Source: an uncultured Actinomycetes bacterium (GTDB lineage Bacteria; Actinomycetota; Acidimicrobiia; Acidimicrobiales; CADCTF01). From it: DNA of 64,000 nt. The DNA lies in assembly GCA_963750255.1 (NCBI GenBank), contig CAVVPZ010000006.1, positions 346,776 to 410,775 of the forward strand. The letters run 5' to 3'. Position 1 is the stretch's first letter, and every line of letters begins with the position of its first letter. A model generated the notes under the pieces. It was given only the letters and a program-made list of their open reading frames with translations, was not told the DNA's origin and searched no databases. The position numbers were made by a program, and so were the translations under genes. Shown in pieces: positions 17,163 through 27,398 of this stretch.

Positions 17163-18491
17163 TGCCCATCACCGACGTCGACAAGATCGTCACCCGACGG
17201 ATCGGCATCCCCGAGAGTTGGACGCTGCGTAGCTACCTCGAAAACGGGGGATACGACGGGTTGCGGAAGGCGCTCGAGATCGGTCCGGAGCAAGTGCAGG
17301 CCGAGGTCGATACCGCCAACCTCCTCGGTCGCGGCGGCGCGGGTTTCGAAGCCGGGAAGAAGTGGTCGTTGCTGCGCGACGCCACCCGCAGTATCTCGTC
17401 ATCAATGGCGACGAGAGCGAGCCGTCCACATTCAAAGATCACATGCTCCTCGAGAACGACCCGCACCAGATCATCGAGGGCACGATCATCACTGCGTTAC
17501 GCCATCCGCGCATCGCAGGCATTCATCTACGTGCGTGGCGAGTTCGCCCTCGGCATCGAGCGCATGATGAGCGCAGTCAACGAGGCGTACGAGCACGGGG
17601 CGCTCGGCAGCGAACATCTTCGGTTCCGGGTTCGACCTCGACCTCGTGATCCACCCGGGCGCCGGGGCGTACATCTGTCGGTGAGGAGACTGCGCTGCTC
17701 GAAAGTCTCGAGGGCAAGCGTGGGTTCCCGCGGATCAAGCCCCCCTACTTCCCCGCCGTATCGGCCTCTACGGCGCTCCGACCGTCGTCAACAACGTCGA
17801 GACGATGTCGAACATGCCATGGATCGTCCGCAACGGCGGCGCCGCGTTCGCAGCGCTCGGCGCGGGCCGCACGCACCGGTACCCGAATCTTCGCGGTTTC
17901 CGGCCACGTCAACAAGCCGGGCAACTACGAGGTCGAGATGGTCAAGACCACCTTTCGCGACATCATCTACGACCCCAAGTCCGGTGCCGGCATCCGCGGC
18001 GGCGAGAGTTGAAGGCGTTCATCCCTGGCGGCGCGCTCCGCACTGGTTCGGGCCGCGAGCAACTCGACATGCCGCTCGGGAGAACAAGGTCGGGGAGCGA
18101 GGGCGGCTCGAGGAGGGGGTCGGGATCGGTGATCGTGCCATGGACGACACGACGTGCATGGTGCGGGCCGTCGTGGCGCCTCGTCCGGTTCTTCGCCCGG
18201 GAATCCTGCGGGCAAGTGCACCCGTGTCGGGAAGGCACTCGGTGGCTCGACAAGATCATGCACCGCATCGAGTCGGGGGACGGCCGGATGGAGGATCTCG
18301 ACCTGCTCCTACGGACGTCTGCGACAACATCGCCCCGGCGTGCAATGGCCGTCGAAGTGGCCGCCGAACATGACCACATCTGCCCGTTGGGGCCGTCGAT
18401 CCCGCCTCCGATCGTCTCGGCGCTCCGCATGTTCCGCGACGAGTTCCTGACCCACAATCAAGGACGGAGCCTGAGCCCGTCGGATGCCTGA
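17162..18491 (+). pseudogene. nuoF: NADH-quinone oxidoreductase subunit F, about 19 frame breaks as assembled
   Basis: GTG 17162 overlaps the nuoE stop (TAGTG). Conserved blocks are scattered over all three frames: [147 protein letters not shown]. Confidence 0.85.
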
Positions 18492-18525
18492 GTCGACGTG
18501 AGACTCCTGTGCCGAACGGAAAACG

Positions 18526-21129
18526 GTGACGATCACCGTCGACGGCAAGCCGGTCGAGGCCAAGAAGGGCGAGATGATCATCGCCGCCGCCGAGCGCGCC
18601 GGCACCTACATCCCCCGGTTCTGTTATCACCCGCGCATGCGGCCCGTGGGCATGTGCCGGATGTGTCTCGTGCAGGTCGTCGGCCCTCGGGGCCCCCAGC
18701 TCCAGCCTGCGTGCTTCGTGCCGGTCGCCGACGGCCAAGAGGTCATCACCGACTCTCCGGCGGTGAAGAAGGCCCAGGACGGTGTCCTCGAGTTCCTTCT
18801 CGTCAACCATCCCCTCGACTGCCCGGTGTGCGACAAGGGCGGCGAGTGCCCGTTGCAGGACCAGACCTACGCGTTCGGCCCCGGCGAGACTCGATTCGTC
18901 GAGGAGAAGCGGCACTGGGAGAAGCCGATCAACCTTTCGCCGCTGGTGCAGATCGACCGCGAGCGGTGCATCCAGTGCGATCGCTGCACCCGCTTCGCTG
19001 ATGAGGTTGCCGGCGACGCGCTGATCGAGTTCATCGGTCGCGGGGCCAAGACCGAGGTCAACACCTTCCCCGATCAACCCTTCTCGTCGTACTTCAGCGG
19101 CAACACGGCCCAGATCTGCCCCGTCGGCGCCCTCGTCACCGTTCCCTACCGCTTCCGGGCCCGTCCGTGGGACCTCGAGCAGGTCGAGAGCACGTGCACG
19201 CAGTGCTCGGTCGGTTGCCGAGTTGCTGTGCAGTCGTCTCGCGACGAGCTCACCCGCTACCTCGGCCTCGACAGCGACCCGGTCAACCACGGTTGGCTCT
19301 GCGACAAGGGCCGCTTCTCCTACGAAGCCGTCAACAGCAGCGAGCGTTTGGGTCAGCCGCTCGTCCGCTCGGGTGACTCGCTGGTGCCGGCGGCCTGGTC
19401 CGACGCGCTCGACGCCGCCGCGCTGGCACTCGGCGACGCTCGTACCGGGTTCGGCGGCGAGTCGATCGGGGTCATCGGCGGCGCCCGCCTGCCCAATGAA
19501 GACGCCTACGCGTGGGCCAAGCTGGCCAAGGGTGTCCTCGGCACCGACTCCGTCGACTGTCAGCTGGGCGACGGGCTTCCGGCTGAGGTCATCCTCGGCA
19601 TGGCCCGGGCGACGATCGACGACCTCGACTCGGCGTCGGCCATCGTGCTCTTGTCGCCCGACGTCAAAGAAGAGCTTCCCGTGCTCTATTTGCGACTTCG
19701 GGCTGCCGCCGTCGACCACAAGGTTCGGATCGTCGAGTTGACCCCAACTCGCACGGGTCTGACCCGCTACACCAGCCAGACCATCGGGTACCGGCCCGGC
19801 GAAGCCGTCGGCGCCGTTCGTCAACTGCTCGACTCCGACGTCGACCTCGGCGATTGTCCCGTCGTCGTGCTCGGTCGTCCGTCGCTCGGCGAGTCGGCCG
19901 ACTCCGTCGTCGAAGCTGCCGCCGCTCTGGCCGCGCTGCCCGGCGTCACGTTTCTCTCCGCCCTCCGGCGGGGCAACGTCCACGGCGCCCTCGACGCCGG
20001 CCTGGCGCCCGGGTTGCTTCCCGGCCGCGTCGGCCTCGAGTCGGGTTCGTCATGGTTCGCCGACGGCTGGGGTCGTGTGCCCGAAGGCCGAGGCCGCGAC
20101 ACCGAGGGCATCTTGCGGGCCGCCGCGGCCGGCGAACTCCAGGCGCTGATCCTGCTCGGCGCCGACCCGCTGGCCGACTTCCCCGACCGCGAACTCGCAC
20201 GCACCGCGCTCGAGCGGGCGCCGTTCGTGCTGTCGATCGACATCTTCTCCAGCGAGTCGACGCGCATGGCCGACGTCGTGCTCGCCGCCGCCACCTTCGC
20301 CGAGCGCCCGGGCACGACCACCAACCTCGAAGGTCGCGTCACCCGCCTGGGCCAAAAGACCACCGCGCCCGAGGTCGCGTGGCCCGACTGGATGATCGCC
20401 GTCGAACTCGCCGCCCGCCTGGGTGAGAACCTCGGCTTCCTCTCCCTCGAGGAGATCGCGGCCGAGATGGAACGCCTGTCGACGGTGCACGCCGGCCTCA
20501 CCCCCGAGGTCCTCAACGCCCGCGCCTTCCGCGACGGCGTGCTCGTGCCAATGGCGACGGCTGCCGCCCACACCCACTCGGGCATCGACGCCAGCGCCGA
20601 CCCCATGTCGACGCCCGGCGTCCTCCACGTCGAGGAGCAGGGCGCCACCGTCGACGTCGCCGAGGCCCCAGCCGACCCGGCCGAGGAGTCTGACGACTCG
20701 CCTGAGGAGTCCGCCGCCGAGGGCGCGGTCGAGCCTGGCCCGTCGCGACCGGCGATGCTCTCATGGGATCCGACGGCGGTGTCGGCCACGCACGCGCCCA
20801 AGGTCGACGCCTACAAGACGCGCCTCGTCGTCGGTCGCAAGCTCTACGACGCAGGGGTGATGTTGCGCATGTCTCCCTCGCTGGCACCGCTGGCGGCGCC
20901 CCCGGTGCTGCGGGTCCATCCGAGCGACCTCGAGCGGCTCGGCGTGGGCGATGGCGGGCGGGTCCGGCTCCGGTCCAAGCGTCTCACGGTAGACACCATC
21001 GAGGTCGAAGCCGACGTCTTCCAACCTCGGGGCACGGCCGGGATCCCGTACAACCTGCCCGGGCTCGACACTTCGCTGCTGTTCAGCGTCGACGCCCCGG
21101 TGGTCGAAGTCGACTTGGAGTCGGTGTGA
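18526..21129 (+). CDS. nuoG: NADH-quinone oxidoreductase subunit G
   Basis: 867 aa, intact. N-terminal 2Fe-2S fold (IPRFCYHPRM..GMCRMCLV), HPLDCPVCDKGGECPLQD, CIQCDRCTRF, CPVGAL. Has a long acidic insertion near the C-terminus. Confidence 0.93.
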   Translation: MTITVDGKPVEAKKGEMIIAAAERAGTYIPRFCYHPRMRPVGMCRMCLVQVVGPRGPQLQPACFVPVADGQEVITDSPAVKKAQDGVLEFLLVNHPLDCPVCDKGGECPLQDQTYAFGPGETRFVEEKRHWEKPINLSPLVQIDRERCIQCDRCTRFADEVAGDALIEFIGRGAKTEVNTFPDQPFSSYFSGNTAQICPVGALVTVPYRFRARPWDLEQVESTCTQCSVGCRVAVQSSRDELTRYLGLDSDPVNHGWLCDKGRFSYEAVNSSERLGQPLVRSGDSLVPAAWSDALDAAALALGDARTGFGGESIGVIGGARLPNEDAYAWAKLAKGVLGTDSVDCQLGDGLPAEVILGMARATIDDLDSASAIVLLSPDVKEELPVLYLRLRAAAVDHKVRIVELTPTRTGLTRYTSQTIGYRPGEAVGAVRQLLDSDVDLGDCPVVVLGRPSLGESADSVVEAAAALAALPGVTFLSALRRGNVHGALDAGLAPGLLPGRVGLESGSSWFADGWGRVPEGRGRDTEGILRAAAAGELQALILLGADPLADFPDRELARTALERAPFVLSIDIFSSESTRMADVVLAAATFAERPGTTTNLEGRVTRLGQKTTAPEVAWPDWMIAVELAARLGENLGFLSLEEIAAEMERLSTVHAGLTPEVLNARAFRDGVLVPMATAAAHTHSGIDASADPMSTPGVLHVEEQGATVDVAEAPADPAEESDDSPEESAAEGAVEPGPSRPAMLSWDPTAVSATHAPKVDAYKTRLVVGRKLYDAGVMLRMSPSLAPLAAPPVLRVHPSDLERLGVGDGGRVRLRSKRLTVDTIEVEADVFQPRGTAGIPYNLPGLDTSLLFSVDAPVVEVDLESV

Positions 21130-22310
21130 CCAGCCTCCTCGCCGGCGGCGATCCGCTGCTCAGCGGGAAGATCGACTTCGTCGTCTTCCTCATCGTTTGC
21201 CTCAAGACCTTCGTCACCTTTGCCGTGTTGATGGTCGCCGTGCTCTTCATGGTGTGGTTCGAGCGCAAGGTCATCTCCGACATGCAGAACCGGATCGGGC
21301 CCAACCGGGCCGGCCCGTGGGGGCTGCTCCAGACGTTGGCCGACGGCATCAAACTCTTCTTCAAAGAAGACCTGCTGCCCGAGCGCGCCGACCGGCGCAT
21401 CTTCCGGCTGGCCCCGTATCTCTCCGCCGTGCCTGCCTTCTTGTCTTTCGCCATCGTGCCGATCGGCGGGGTGGTGAGCGTGTTCGGCCACCAGACCCGC
21501 ATGCAGTTGGCCGACCCGCCGGTCGGCATCCTCTTCCTCCTCGCCATGTCGTCGGTCGCCGTGTACGGCGTGATGCTGGCGGGCTGGTCTTCGGGCTCGA
21601 AGTATCCGCTGCTCGGCTCGGTGCGAGCTTCGGCGCAGATGGTTTCCTACGAAGCGGCACTCGGCCTCGTCGTCGCCACCGTGGTCTTGGTGAGCGGGTC
21701 GCTCTACACGAGTGAGATCGTGTCGTCGCAGTCGGGCAACGTCGCCAACTGGAACCTCATCCGCCTCGGCATCGTCCCGTTCTTCCTCTTTTTGATCGCG
21801 GCCACGGCCGAGCTCAACCGACCTCCCTTCGACCTCGTCGAAGCCGAGCAAGAACTCGTCGGTGGCTTCCACACCGAGTACTCCTCGATTCGGTTCGCCC
21901 TGTTCTTCCTGGCCGAGTTCATGAACACGGTCACCATGTCGGCTGTGATCGTGACCCTCTTCCTCGGGGGACCGAGCGCGCCGTTCGGCATTGGCGAGGG
22001 TATCGGCGGATTCTTCGGGGCTTGGCTGTTGCCGGTGTTCTGGTTCGTCCTGAAGCTCTTCCTCTTCCTGTTCACCTACGTCTGGTTCCGAGCCACGCTG
22101 CCCCGCCTGCGCTACGACCAGTTGATGGACCTCGGGTGGAAAGCCCTCATCCCGGCCTCCCTGGCCTGGTTGCTCGTGATCGCCGCCATCACGGTGGAAC
22201 GCACCTACCTTCTCCTCGCCTTTCCCGTCCTGATCGTCTGTTGGGCGATGCTGTACCGGGCGCTGGCGCTGGGGCGGGCGACGGTGCAAGAGGAGGACCT
22301 GCACGCGTGA
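21126..22310 (+). CDS. nuoH: NADH-quinone oxidoreductase subunit H
   Basis: GTGA overlap with nuoG. ERKVISDMQNRIGPNRAGPWGLLQTLADGIKLFFKED, ELNRPPFDLVEAEQELVGGFHTEYS. Confidence 0.93.
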   Translation: MTSLLAGGDPLLSGKIDFVVFLIVCLKTFVTFAVLMVAVLFMVWFERKVISDMQNRIGPNRAGPWGLLQTLADGIKLFFKEDLLPERADRRIFRLAPYLSAVPAFLSFAIVPIGGVVSVFGHQTRMQLADPPVGILFLLAMSSVAVYGVMLAGWSSGSKYPLLGSVRASAQMVSYEAALGLVVATVVLVSGSLYTSEIVSSQSGNVANWNLIRLGIVPFFLFLIAATAELNRPPFDLVEAEQELVGGFHTEYSSIRFALFFLAEFMNTVTMSAVIVTLFLGGPSAPFGIGEGIGGFFGAWLLPVFWFVLKLFLFLFTYVWFRATLPRLRYDQLMDLGWKALIPASLAWLLVIAAITVERTYLLLAFPVLIVCWAMLYRALALGRATVQEEDLHA

Positions 22311-22320
22311 GGAGCACCTG

Positions 22321-22965
22321 ATGGGAGCACTCGACGGATTCAAGGTGACGTTCCGGCAGATGATGCTGCCGCGCGTCACGACGTCGTATCCCGAGGAGAA
22401 GCGCCCGAAGCCCGAGCGTCTCCACGGACGACACGTCCTCAACCGCTACGAGGACGGCATGGAGAAGTGCATCGGCTGCGAGTTGTGCGCCGGCGTCTGC
22501 CCAGCTCGATGCATCTACGTGCGGGGCGCCGACAACCCGCCCGACGCCCCCGTCTCACCCGGCGAGCGGTACGGCTTCACCTACGAGATCAACTACCTGC
22601 GCTGCATCCATTGCGATCTCTGCGTCGAGGCGTGCCCGACCGAGGCCATCACCGAGACCAAGCTCTTCGAGTTCTCCTTCACGAACCGGCAAGACGCGAT
22701 CTACACCAAGGCCGAACTCCTCGTCGACGACGACGGCAAGCCCCAGAAACTCCCGTGGGAGCACTGGGCCGAGGGCGACGACGACATCACGTCGCAATGG
22801 GTCCGTGCCACGGCTCCCTCGGGCGACGCGTCGTTCACCGGTGTCGTGCAGTGGTCGGGCGAGCTCGGGCGGGGTGTGCCCGAGGCCGAGATGGCTCAGG
22901 CCGACGCCGACGAAGAGACCGGCGAGGCCTGGTGGGTGCTGTCCCAGAACCGGGGCGGCCAGTGA
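22321..22965 (+). CDS. nuoI: NADH-quinone oxidoreductase subunit I
   Basis: [12 protein letters not shown] and [12 protein letters not shown]. Has a C-terminal extension of about 60 aa. Confidence 0.93.
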   Translation: MGALDGFKVTFRQMMLPRVTTSYPEEKRPKPERLHGRHVLNRYEDGMEKCIGCELCAGVCPARCIYVRGADNPPDAPVSPGERYGFTYEINYLRCIHCDLCVEACPTEAITETKLFEFSFTNRQDAIYTKAELLVDDDGKPQKLPWEHWAEGDDDITSQWVRATAPSGDASFTGVVQWSGELGRGVPEAEMAQADADEETGEAWWVLSQNRGGQ

Positions 22966-23555
22966 CCGCCACGCTCATCGCGCCGCTGCTGCTGGCCACG
23001 GCCAGCAAGGTCGACCTCGGCGTCTTCGTCGTCTGCGCCGTGATCGTGCTCGCTGGCGCCTTCGGTGTCGTCCTGCTCCGCAATCCGGTGCACGCTGCGC
23101 TCAGCCTCGTCATGACCCTGTTCGGCGTGGCCGTGTTGTTCGTCGCTCAAGAGGCACAGTTCTTGGCCGCCGTGCAGGTGATCGTCTACGCCGGCGCCAT
23201 CGTCGTGCTCTTCCTCTTCGTCATCATGTTGCTCGGCGTGGATCGAGACGAGGCGATCGAGGCCGAGACCCTGCCTGGCCAGCGTCCAGCCGCCATCGGG
23301 CTGGGTCTCATGGTGCTGGCCCTCGTCGTCCTCCTCTCCCGCCTCGATCACTGGGCCACTGGCACGCCTTCGGCCCGCGGCGCCGCCGACGCGAGTGCCG
23401 AGAACGTGGCGCTGCTCGGACGGTCGATCTTCACCGACTTCCTCCTCCCGTTCGAGGTCACCGCCGTCTTGTTGGTGATCGCGGTTGTGGGAGCCGTGGT
23501 GCTGGCCCGCCGTCCCCCGAAGTTCATCGACGAGCCCGAGGAGGCCCGCCGATGA
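22962..23555 (+). CDS. nuoJ: NADH-quinone oxidoreductase subunit J
   Basis: GTGA overlap. [53 protein letters not shown]. Confidence 0.9.
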   Translation: MTATLIAPLLLATASKVDLGVFVVCAVIVLAGAFGVVLLRNPVHAALSLVMTLFGVAVLFVAQEAQFLAAVQVIVYAGAIVVLFLFVIMLLGVDRDEAIEAETLPGQRPAAIGLGLMVLALVVLLSRLDHWATGTPSARGAADASAENVALLGRSIFTDFLLPFEVTAVLLVIAVVGAVVLARRPPKFIDEPEEARR

Positions 23556-23866
23556 CCGTCGACGGAAGCGCCTACCTCCTGCTCGCCGCGGTGCTCTTCA
23601 GCGTCGGGGCCGTCGGGCTGTTGATCCGGCGCAATGTGCTGGTGATGTTCATGTGCGTCGAGTTGATGCTCAACGCCGTCAACCTCACGTTCGTCACCTT
23701 CGCCCGGATGCTCAACGACATCGGCGGGCAAGTCGTCGTGTTCTTCGTGCTCGTCGTGGCCGCCGCCGAAGTGGTGGTCGGCCTCGGGATCATCGTGTCG
23801 ATCTTCCGGCGTCGTACCGGCGATCAAGCGCCGACCGCTGACGACCTCCACCTCCTCAAGGGCTGA
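23552..23866 (+). CDS. nuoK: NADH-quinone oxidoreductase subunit K
   Basis: ATGA overlap. 104 aa. [29 protein letters not shown]. Confidence 0.93.
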   Translation: MTVDGSAYLLLAAVLFSVGAVGLLIRRNVLVMFMCVELMLNAVNLTFVTFARMLNDIGGQVVVFFVLVVAAAEVVVGLGIIVSIFRRRTGDQAPTADDLHLLKG

Positions 23867-23877
23867 CCCCGATCACC

Positions 23878-25824
23878 ATGGACCTCTTGGACGCCGTCTG
23901 GCTCATCCCCGCCCTGCCGCTGGCGGGGTTCCTCACCCTCGTCGTCGCCGGCCGCAAACTCGGCGAACCGCTGGCCGGTTGGCTGGCGACGTCGGCCATG
24001 GGCGGCGCCTTCCTCACCACAGTCGTGCTCTTCGTCGAAATGCTCACGTTGCACGGCGAAGAGCGGCGGCACATCGTCAAGCTGTTCGCTTGGGTGCCTG
24101 TCGGCGGCTTCTCCGTCGACGTGGGCTTCCTGCTCGACCCGCTTTCGATCACGATGGCGCTCTTCGTGACCGGCATCGGCACGCTCATCCACCTGTACTC
24201 CATCGGCTACATGCACGGCGACGAACGGTTTTCGAAGTTCTTCGTCTACCTCAACCTGTTCGCGTTCTCGATGTTGATGTTGGTACTCGCCGACAACTTC
24301 CTCCTCAGCTTCCTGGGGTGGGAAGGCGTTGGCGCCTGCTCGTACTTCCTCATCTCGTTCTGGTTCACCCGCGAATCCGCAGCCGTCGCCGGCAAGAAGG
24401 CGTTCGTCACCAACCGGATCGGCGACTTCGGCTTCATGGTCGCCATGTTCCTGCTCTTCTCCAGCCTCGGCACCCTCGACTACTGGGGCGGCACCTCGGT
24501 GTTCGCCGAGGTCGAGCGGTTGCCGCAATACACGGCGTCGGCCATCGTCTTGCTCCTGTTCTTGGGAGCGGCGGGCAAGTCGGCCCAGCTCCCGCTCTAC
24601 GTGTGGCTCCCCGACGCCATGGAGGGTCCCACCCCCGTCTCGGCGCTCATCCACGCCGCCACCATGGTGACCGCCGGCGTCTACCTCCTGGTGCGTTCGG
24701 CGCCGCTGCTCGAGCACGCTGACCCGTCGGTCACCCTGTTCATTGCCGGCATCGGCGCGCTCACCGCCCTGTTCGCCGCCACCGTGGCGTGTGCTCAGGA
24801 CGACATCAAGAAGGTGCTCGCCTATTCGACGGTCAGCCAACTCGGCTACATGGTGCTCGCCGTCGGGTCGGGCGCCTACGTCGCCGCCATTTTCCACATG
24901 ATCACGCACGCCTTCTTCAAGGCACTGCTGTTCCTCGGGGCCGGCTCCGTGATCCACGGCATGCACGACGAGCAGGACATGAAGCGCATGGGTGCCCTCC
25001 GCAAGTGGATGCCGATCACGTGGGCCACATTCATGATCGGCTGGCTTGCCATCTCGGGTGTGCCGCCACTGTCGGGCTTCTGGTCCAAAGACGAAATCCT
25101 GGCCGGCGCCTTCGGCCGGAGTCCGCTCCTGTGGGCCGTCGGGGTCGTCACTGCACTCCTCACCGCGTACTACATGAGCCGGCAAGTGTTCCTCGTCTTC
25201 TACGGCGGCGAGCGGTGGCGCCACGCGGCCGAGCCCGAGAGCGAGGCCGCGCCGGCGGATGCTCACGGTGATCATGCTGCCGAGCCCCATGAGTCGCCGT
25301 GGCTGATGACGCTTCCCCTCGTCGTGTTGGCGGCGCTGGCGTCGGTGGCCGGCTTGCTCAACCTCCCCCTCTTCCACTCGACCCTTTTCTTGGAGAAGTG
25401 GCTCGAGCCCGCCCTGGGCGAGACGGCACACCACAGCCTGGCCACCGGCACCAAACTGGCGTTGGCCCTCGTCGCCACGCTTGCCGCCGCCGCCGGCATC
25501 GGGTTCGCATACGTGACGTGGTTCCGCCGGCAACCGGCTGACAACGCCGGCCTCGAGCCCGACGTCCTCAAGCGGGCCTGGGGCCTCGACGCGGCGTACG
25601 CCGCCGTCGTCGGAGGACCCGGTCGGGCCGCAGCCGCGTGGACCGCCTTCACCTTCGACAAGCGGATCATCGACGGCGCCGTGAATGGCGTCGCCACGCT
25701 GGTTCGCGAGGGAGGCGGGCAGTTGCGCAAGGTGCAGACCGGCTACGTCAGGAACTACGCCCTCGGCCTCGCCGGTGGCGTCGTCCTCCTCCTCCTCTGG
25801 ATGCTCGTGAAGGTGGGCCTGTGA
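23878..25824 (+). CDS. nuoL: NADH-quinone oxidoreductase subunit L
   Basis: 648 aa. SIGYMHGDERFSKFF, GWEGVGACSYFLISFWF, GKSAQLPLYVWLPDAMEGPTPVSALIHAATMVTAGVY. Confidence 0.95.
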   Translation: MDLLDAVWLIPALPLAGFLTLVVAGRKLGEPLAGWLATSAMGGAFLTTVVLFVEMLTLHGEERRHIVKLFAWVPVGGFSVDVGFLLDPLSITMALFVTGIGTLIHLYSIGYMHGDERFSKFFVYLNLFAFSMLMLVLADNFLLSFLGWEGVGACSYFLISFWFTRESAAVAGKKAFVTNRIGDFGFMVAMFLLFSSLGTLDYWGGTSVFAEVERLPQYTASAIVLLLFLGAAGKSAQLPLYVWLPDAMEGPTPVSALIHAATMVTAGVYLLVRSAPLLEHADPSVTLFIAGIGALTALFAATVACAQDDIKKVLAYSTVSQLGYMVLAVGSGAYVAAIFHMITHAFFKALLFLGAGSVIHGMHDEQDMKRMGALRKWMPITWATFMIGWLAISGVPPLSGFWSKDEILAGAFGRSPLLWAVGVVTALLTAYYMSRQVFLVFYGGERWRHAAEPESEAAPADAHGDHAAEPHESPWLMTLPLVVLAALASVAGLLNLPLFHSTLFLEKWLEPALGETAHHSLATGTKLALALVATLAAAAGIGFAYVTWFRRQPADNAGLEPDVLKRAWGLDAAYAAVVGGPGRAAAAWTAFTFDKRIIDGAVNGVATLVREGGGQLRKVQTGYVRNYALGLAGGVVLLLLWMLVKVGL

Positions 25825-27398
25825 GCGCCTCGCTGTTGGCCGCCATCGCTTCTGAACACGGGGCCCAACCGACCTTCCCGCTGTTGACGGCCCTCGTGGT
25901 CGTGCCCACCTTCGGCGCCGCCTTGGTCGCTCTGCTCCCCAAACGGCAGGAGGGTCTCCTCCGCCTCGTGGCCCTGCTGTTCTCGGTGGCGACGCTCGTA
26001 CTCACCGTCTACGTCGCCATCGACTTCAAGTCGGACGCCGACGGCTTCCAGTTGCTCCAGTCGTACTCCTGGATCAAGGAGTTCGGGATCAGTTGGAAGC
26101 TTGGCATCGACGGCATCTCACTGTGGTTGGTCGTCCTCACCGGCGTCCTCTTCCCGCTGGCCATCGCCGGACCGGTCGTGACCAAAGACGTGAAGAGTTA
26201 CCTGGGGTGGCTGCTGTTGCTCGAGGCGGGTTGCCTGGGCGTGTTTCTCGCACTCGACCTCATCGTGTTCTTCCTCTTCTTCGAGATCGTGCTGGTCCCG
26301 ATGTACTTCCTCATCGCCGGATGGGGACACGACGGACGCAACTACGCCGCGCTCAAGTTCTTCCTCTACACCCTCTTCGGGTCGGCCTTCTTGTTGGTGA
26401 GCATCCTGGCGTTGGCCTTCCTCCACCAGCGGGCCACCGGCGTGTTGACCTTCGATCTCGTCACGTTGGCCGAGAGCCAGACGTTGGCCGAGTCGACGGC
26501 TCGCTGGCTCTTCCTCGGATTCACCATCGCCTTCGCCGTGAAGGTGCCGCTGTTCCCGGTGCACACCTGGTTGCCCGACGCCCACACCGAGGCGCCGACG
26601 GCAGGCTCGGTCATCTTGGCCGGCGTGATGCTCAAGCTTGGGACTTACGGGCTCTTGCGCTTCGGGCTCTACCTCTTCCCCCAGGCTGCGGTCGACCTGG
26701 CGCCGATCCTGTTGACGCTGGCCACCATCGGCATCATCTACGGCGCCGTCGTGGCCGCCATGCAAAAGGATCTCAAGCGACTCGTCGCGTACTCGTCGGT
26801 CGCCCACCTCGGCTTCATCGTCCTGGGCACCTTTGCGCTCACCAGTCAGGGTCTGAGTGGCGGTGTGCTGCAGATGGTCAACCATGGCGTGTCGACCGGA
26901 GCCCTCTTCCTCCTCGTCGGGATGATCTACGAGCGACGCCACACCCGCCTCATCAGCGAACTCGGCGGCCTCCAGAAGCCGGCCCCGATCCTCGCCGCGG
27001 TGTTCACGGTGGTGATGCTCTCGTCGATCGGTCTGCCGGGCCTCAATGGGTTCGTGGGTGAGTTCTTGATCCTGCTCGGCACCTTCGTCACCCACCGGTG
27101 GTGGGCCGTGGCCAGTGCCTCGGGCGTGATCCTGGCCGCCGTCTACCTGTTGTGGGCCTACCAGCGGGTGTTCCACGGTGAGCCCGAGGGCGACAACGCG
27201 ACCATGCCCGACATGACCTGGCGCGAGCGGGGGATCATGGTCCCGCTGCTGGTGCTCATCGTCTTCCTCGGCGTCTATCCCAAGCCCGTGCTCGACCGGA
27301 TCCAGCCTTCGGTCGATCGCTTGATCGCCCACGTCGAGCAACACAGCGACTTCGAGGAACCGGCCGTGGCCCAAGCACATTCGATCGAGGACAACTGA
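25821..27398 (+). CDS. nuoM: NADH-quinone oxidoreductase subunit M
   Basis: GTGA overlap with nuoL. FAVKVPLFPVHTWLPDAHTEAPTAGSVILAGVMLKLGTYG. Confidence 0.95.
   Translation: MSASLLAAIASEHGAQPTFPLLTALVVVPTFGAALVALLPKRQEGLLRLVALLFSVATLVLTVYVAIDFKSDADGFQLLQSYSWIKEFGISWKLGIDGISLWLVVLTGVLFPLAIAGPVVTKDVKSYLGWLLLLEAGCLGVFLALDLIVFFLFFEIVLVPMYFLIAGWGHDGRNYAALKFFLYTLFGSAFLLVSILALAFLHQRATGVLTFDLVTLAESQTLAESTARWLFLGFTIAFAVKVPLFPVHTWLPDAHTEAPTAGSVILAGVMLKLGTYGLLRFGLYLFPQAAVDLAPILLTLATIGIIYGAVVAAMQKDLKRLVAYSSVAHLGFIVLGTFALTSQGLSGGVLQMVNHGVSTGALFLLVGMIYERRHTRLISELGGLQKPAPILAAVFTVVMLSSIGLPGLNGFVGEFLILLGTFVTHRWWAVASASGVILAAVYLLWAYQRVFHGEPEGDNATMPDMTWRERGIMVPLLVLIVFLGVYPKPVLDRIQPSVDRLIAHVEQHSDFEEPAVAQAHSIEDN

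Noticed and set aside
16571-18373. 600-aa ORF spanning nuoE and nuoF
   Set aside because: It is a chimeric reading. It alternates between genuine NuoE/NuoF blocks and Arg-rich nonsense. The real genes are recovered only by switching frames.
16845-18390. Firm conclusion that nuoE and nuoF are true pseudogenes, implying evolutionary loss of the NADH module
   Set aside because: Residue conservation between breaks is essentially perfect and there are no in-frame nonsense substitutions. Compensating indel pairs lie in homopolymers. The same pattern hits unrelated essential-type genes at 55-60 kb, so this cannot be claimed without read-level evidence.
20763-27398. N-terminal extensions of track ORFs (20763, 22467, 22805 and 25638; likewise 42878, 43941, 44101 and 46130 in the second operon)
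   Set aside because: The extensions overlap the preceding nuo gene and translate to low-complexity sequence. Conserved N-termini begin at GTG or ATG codons forming 4-nt overlaps with the upstream stop.
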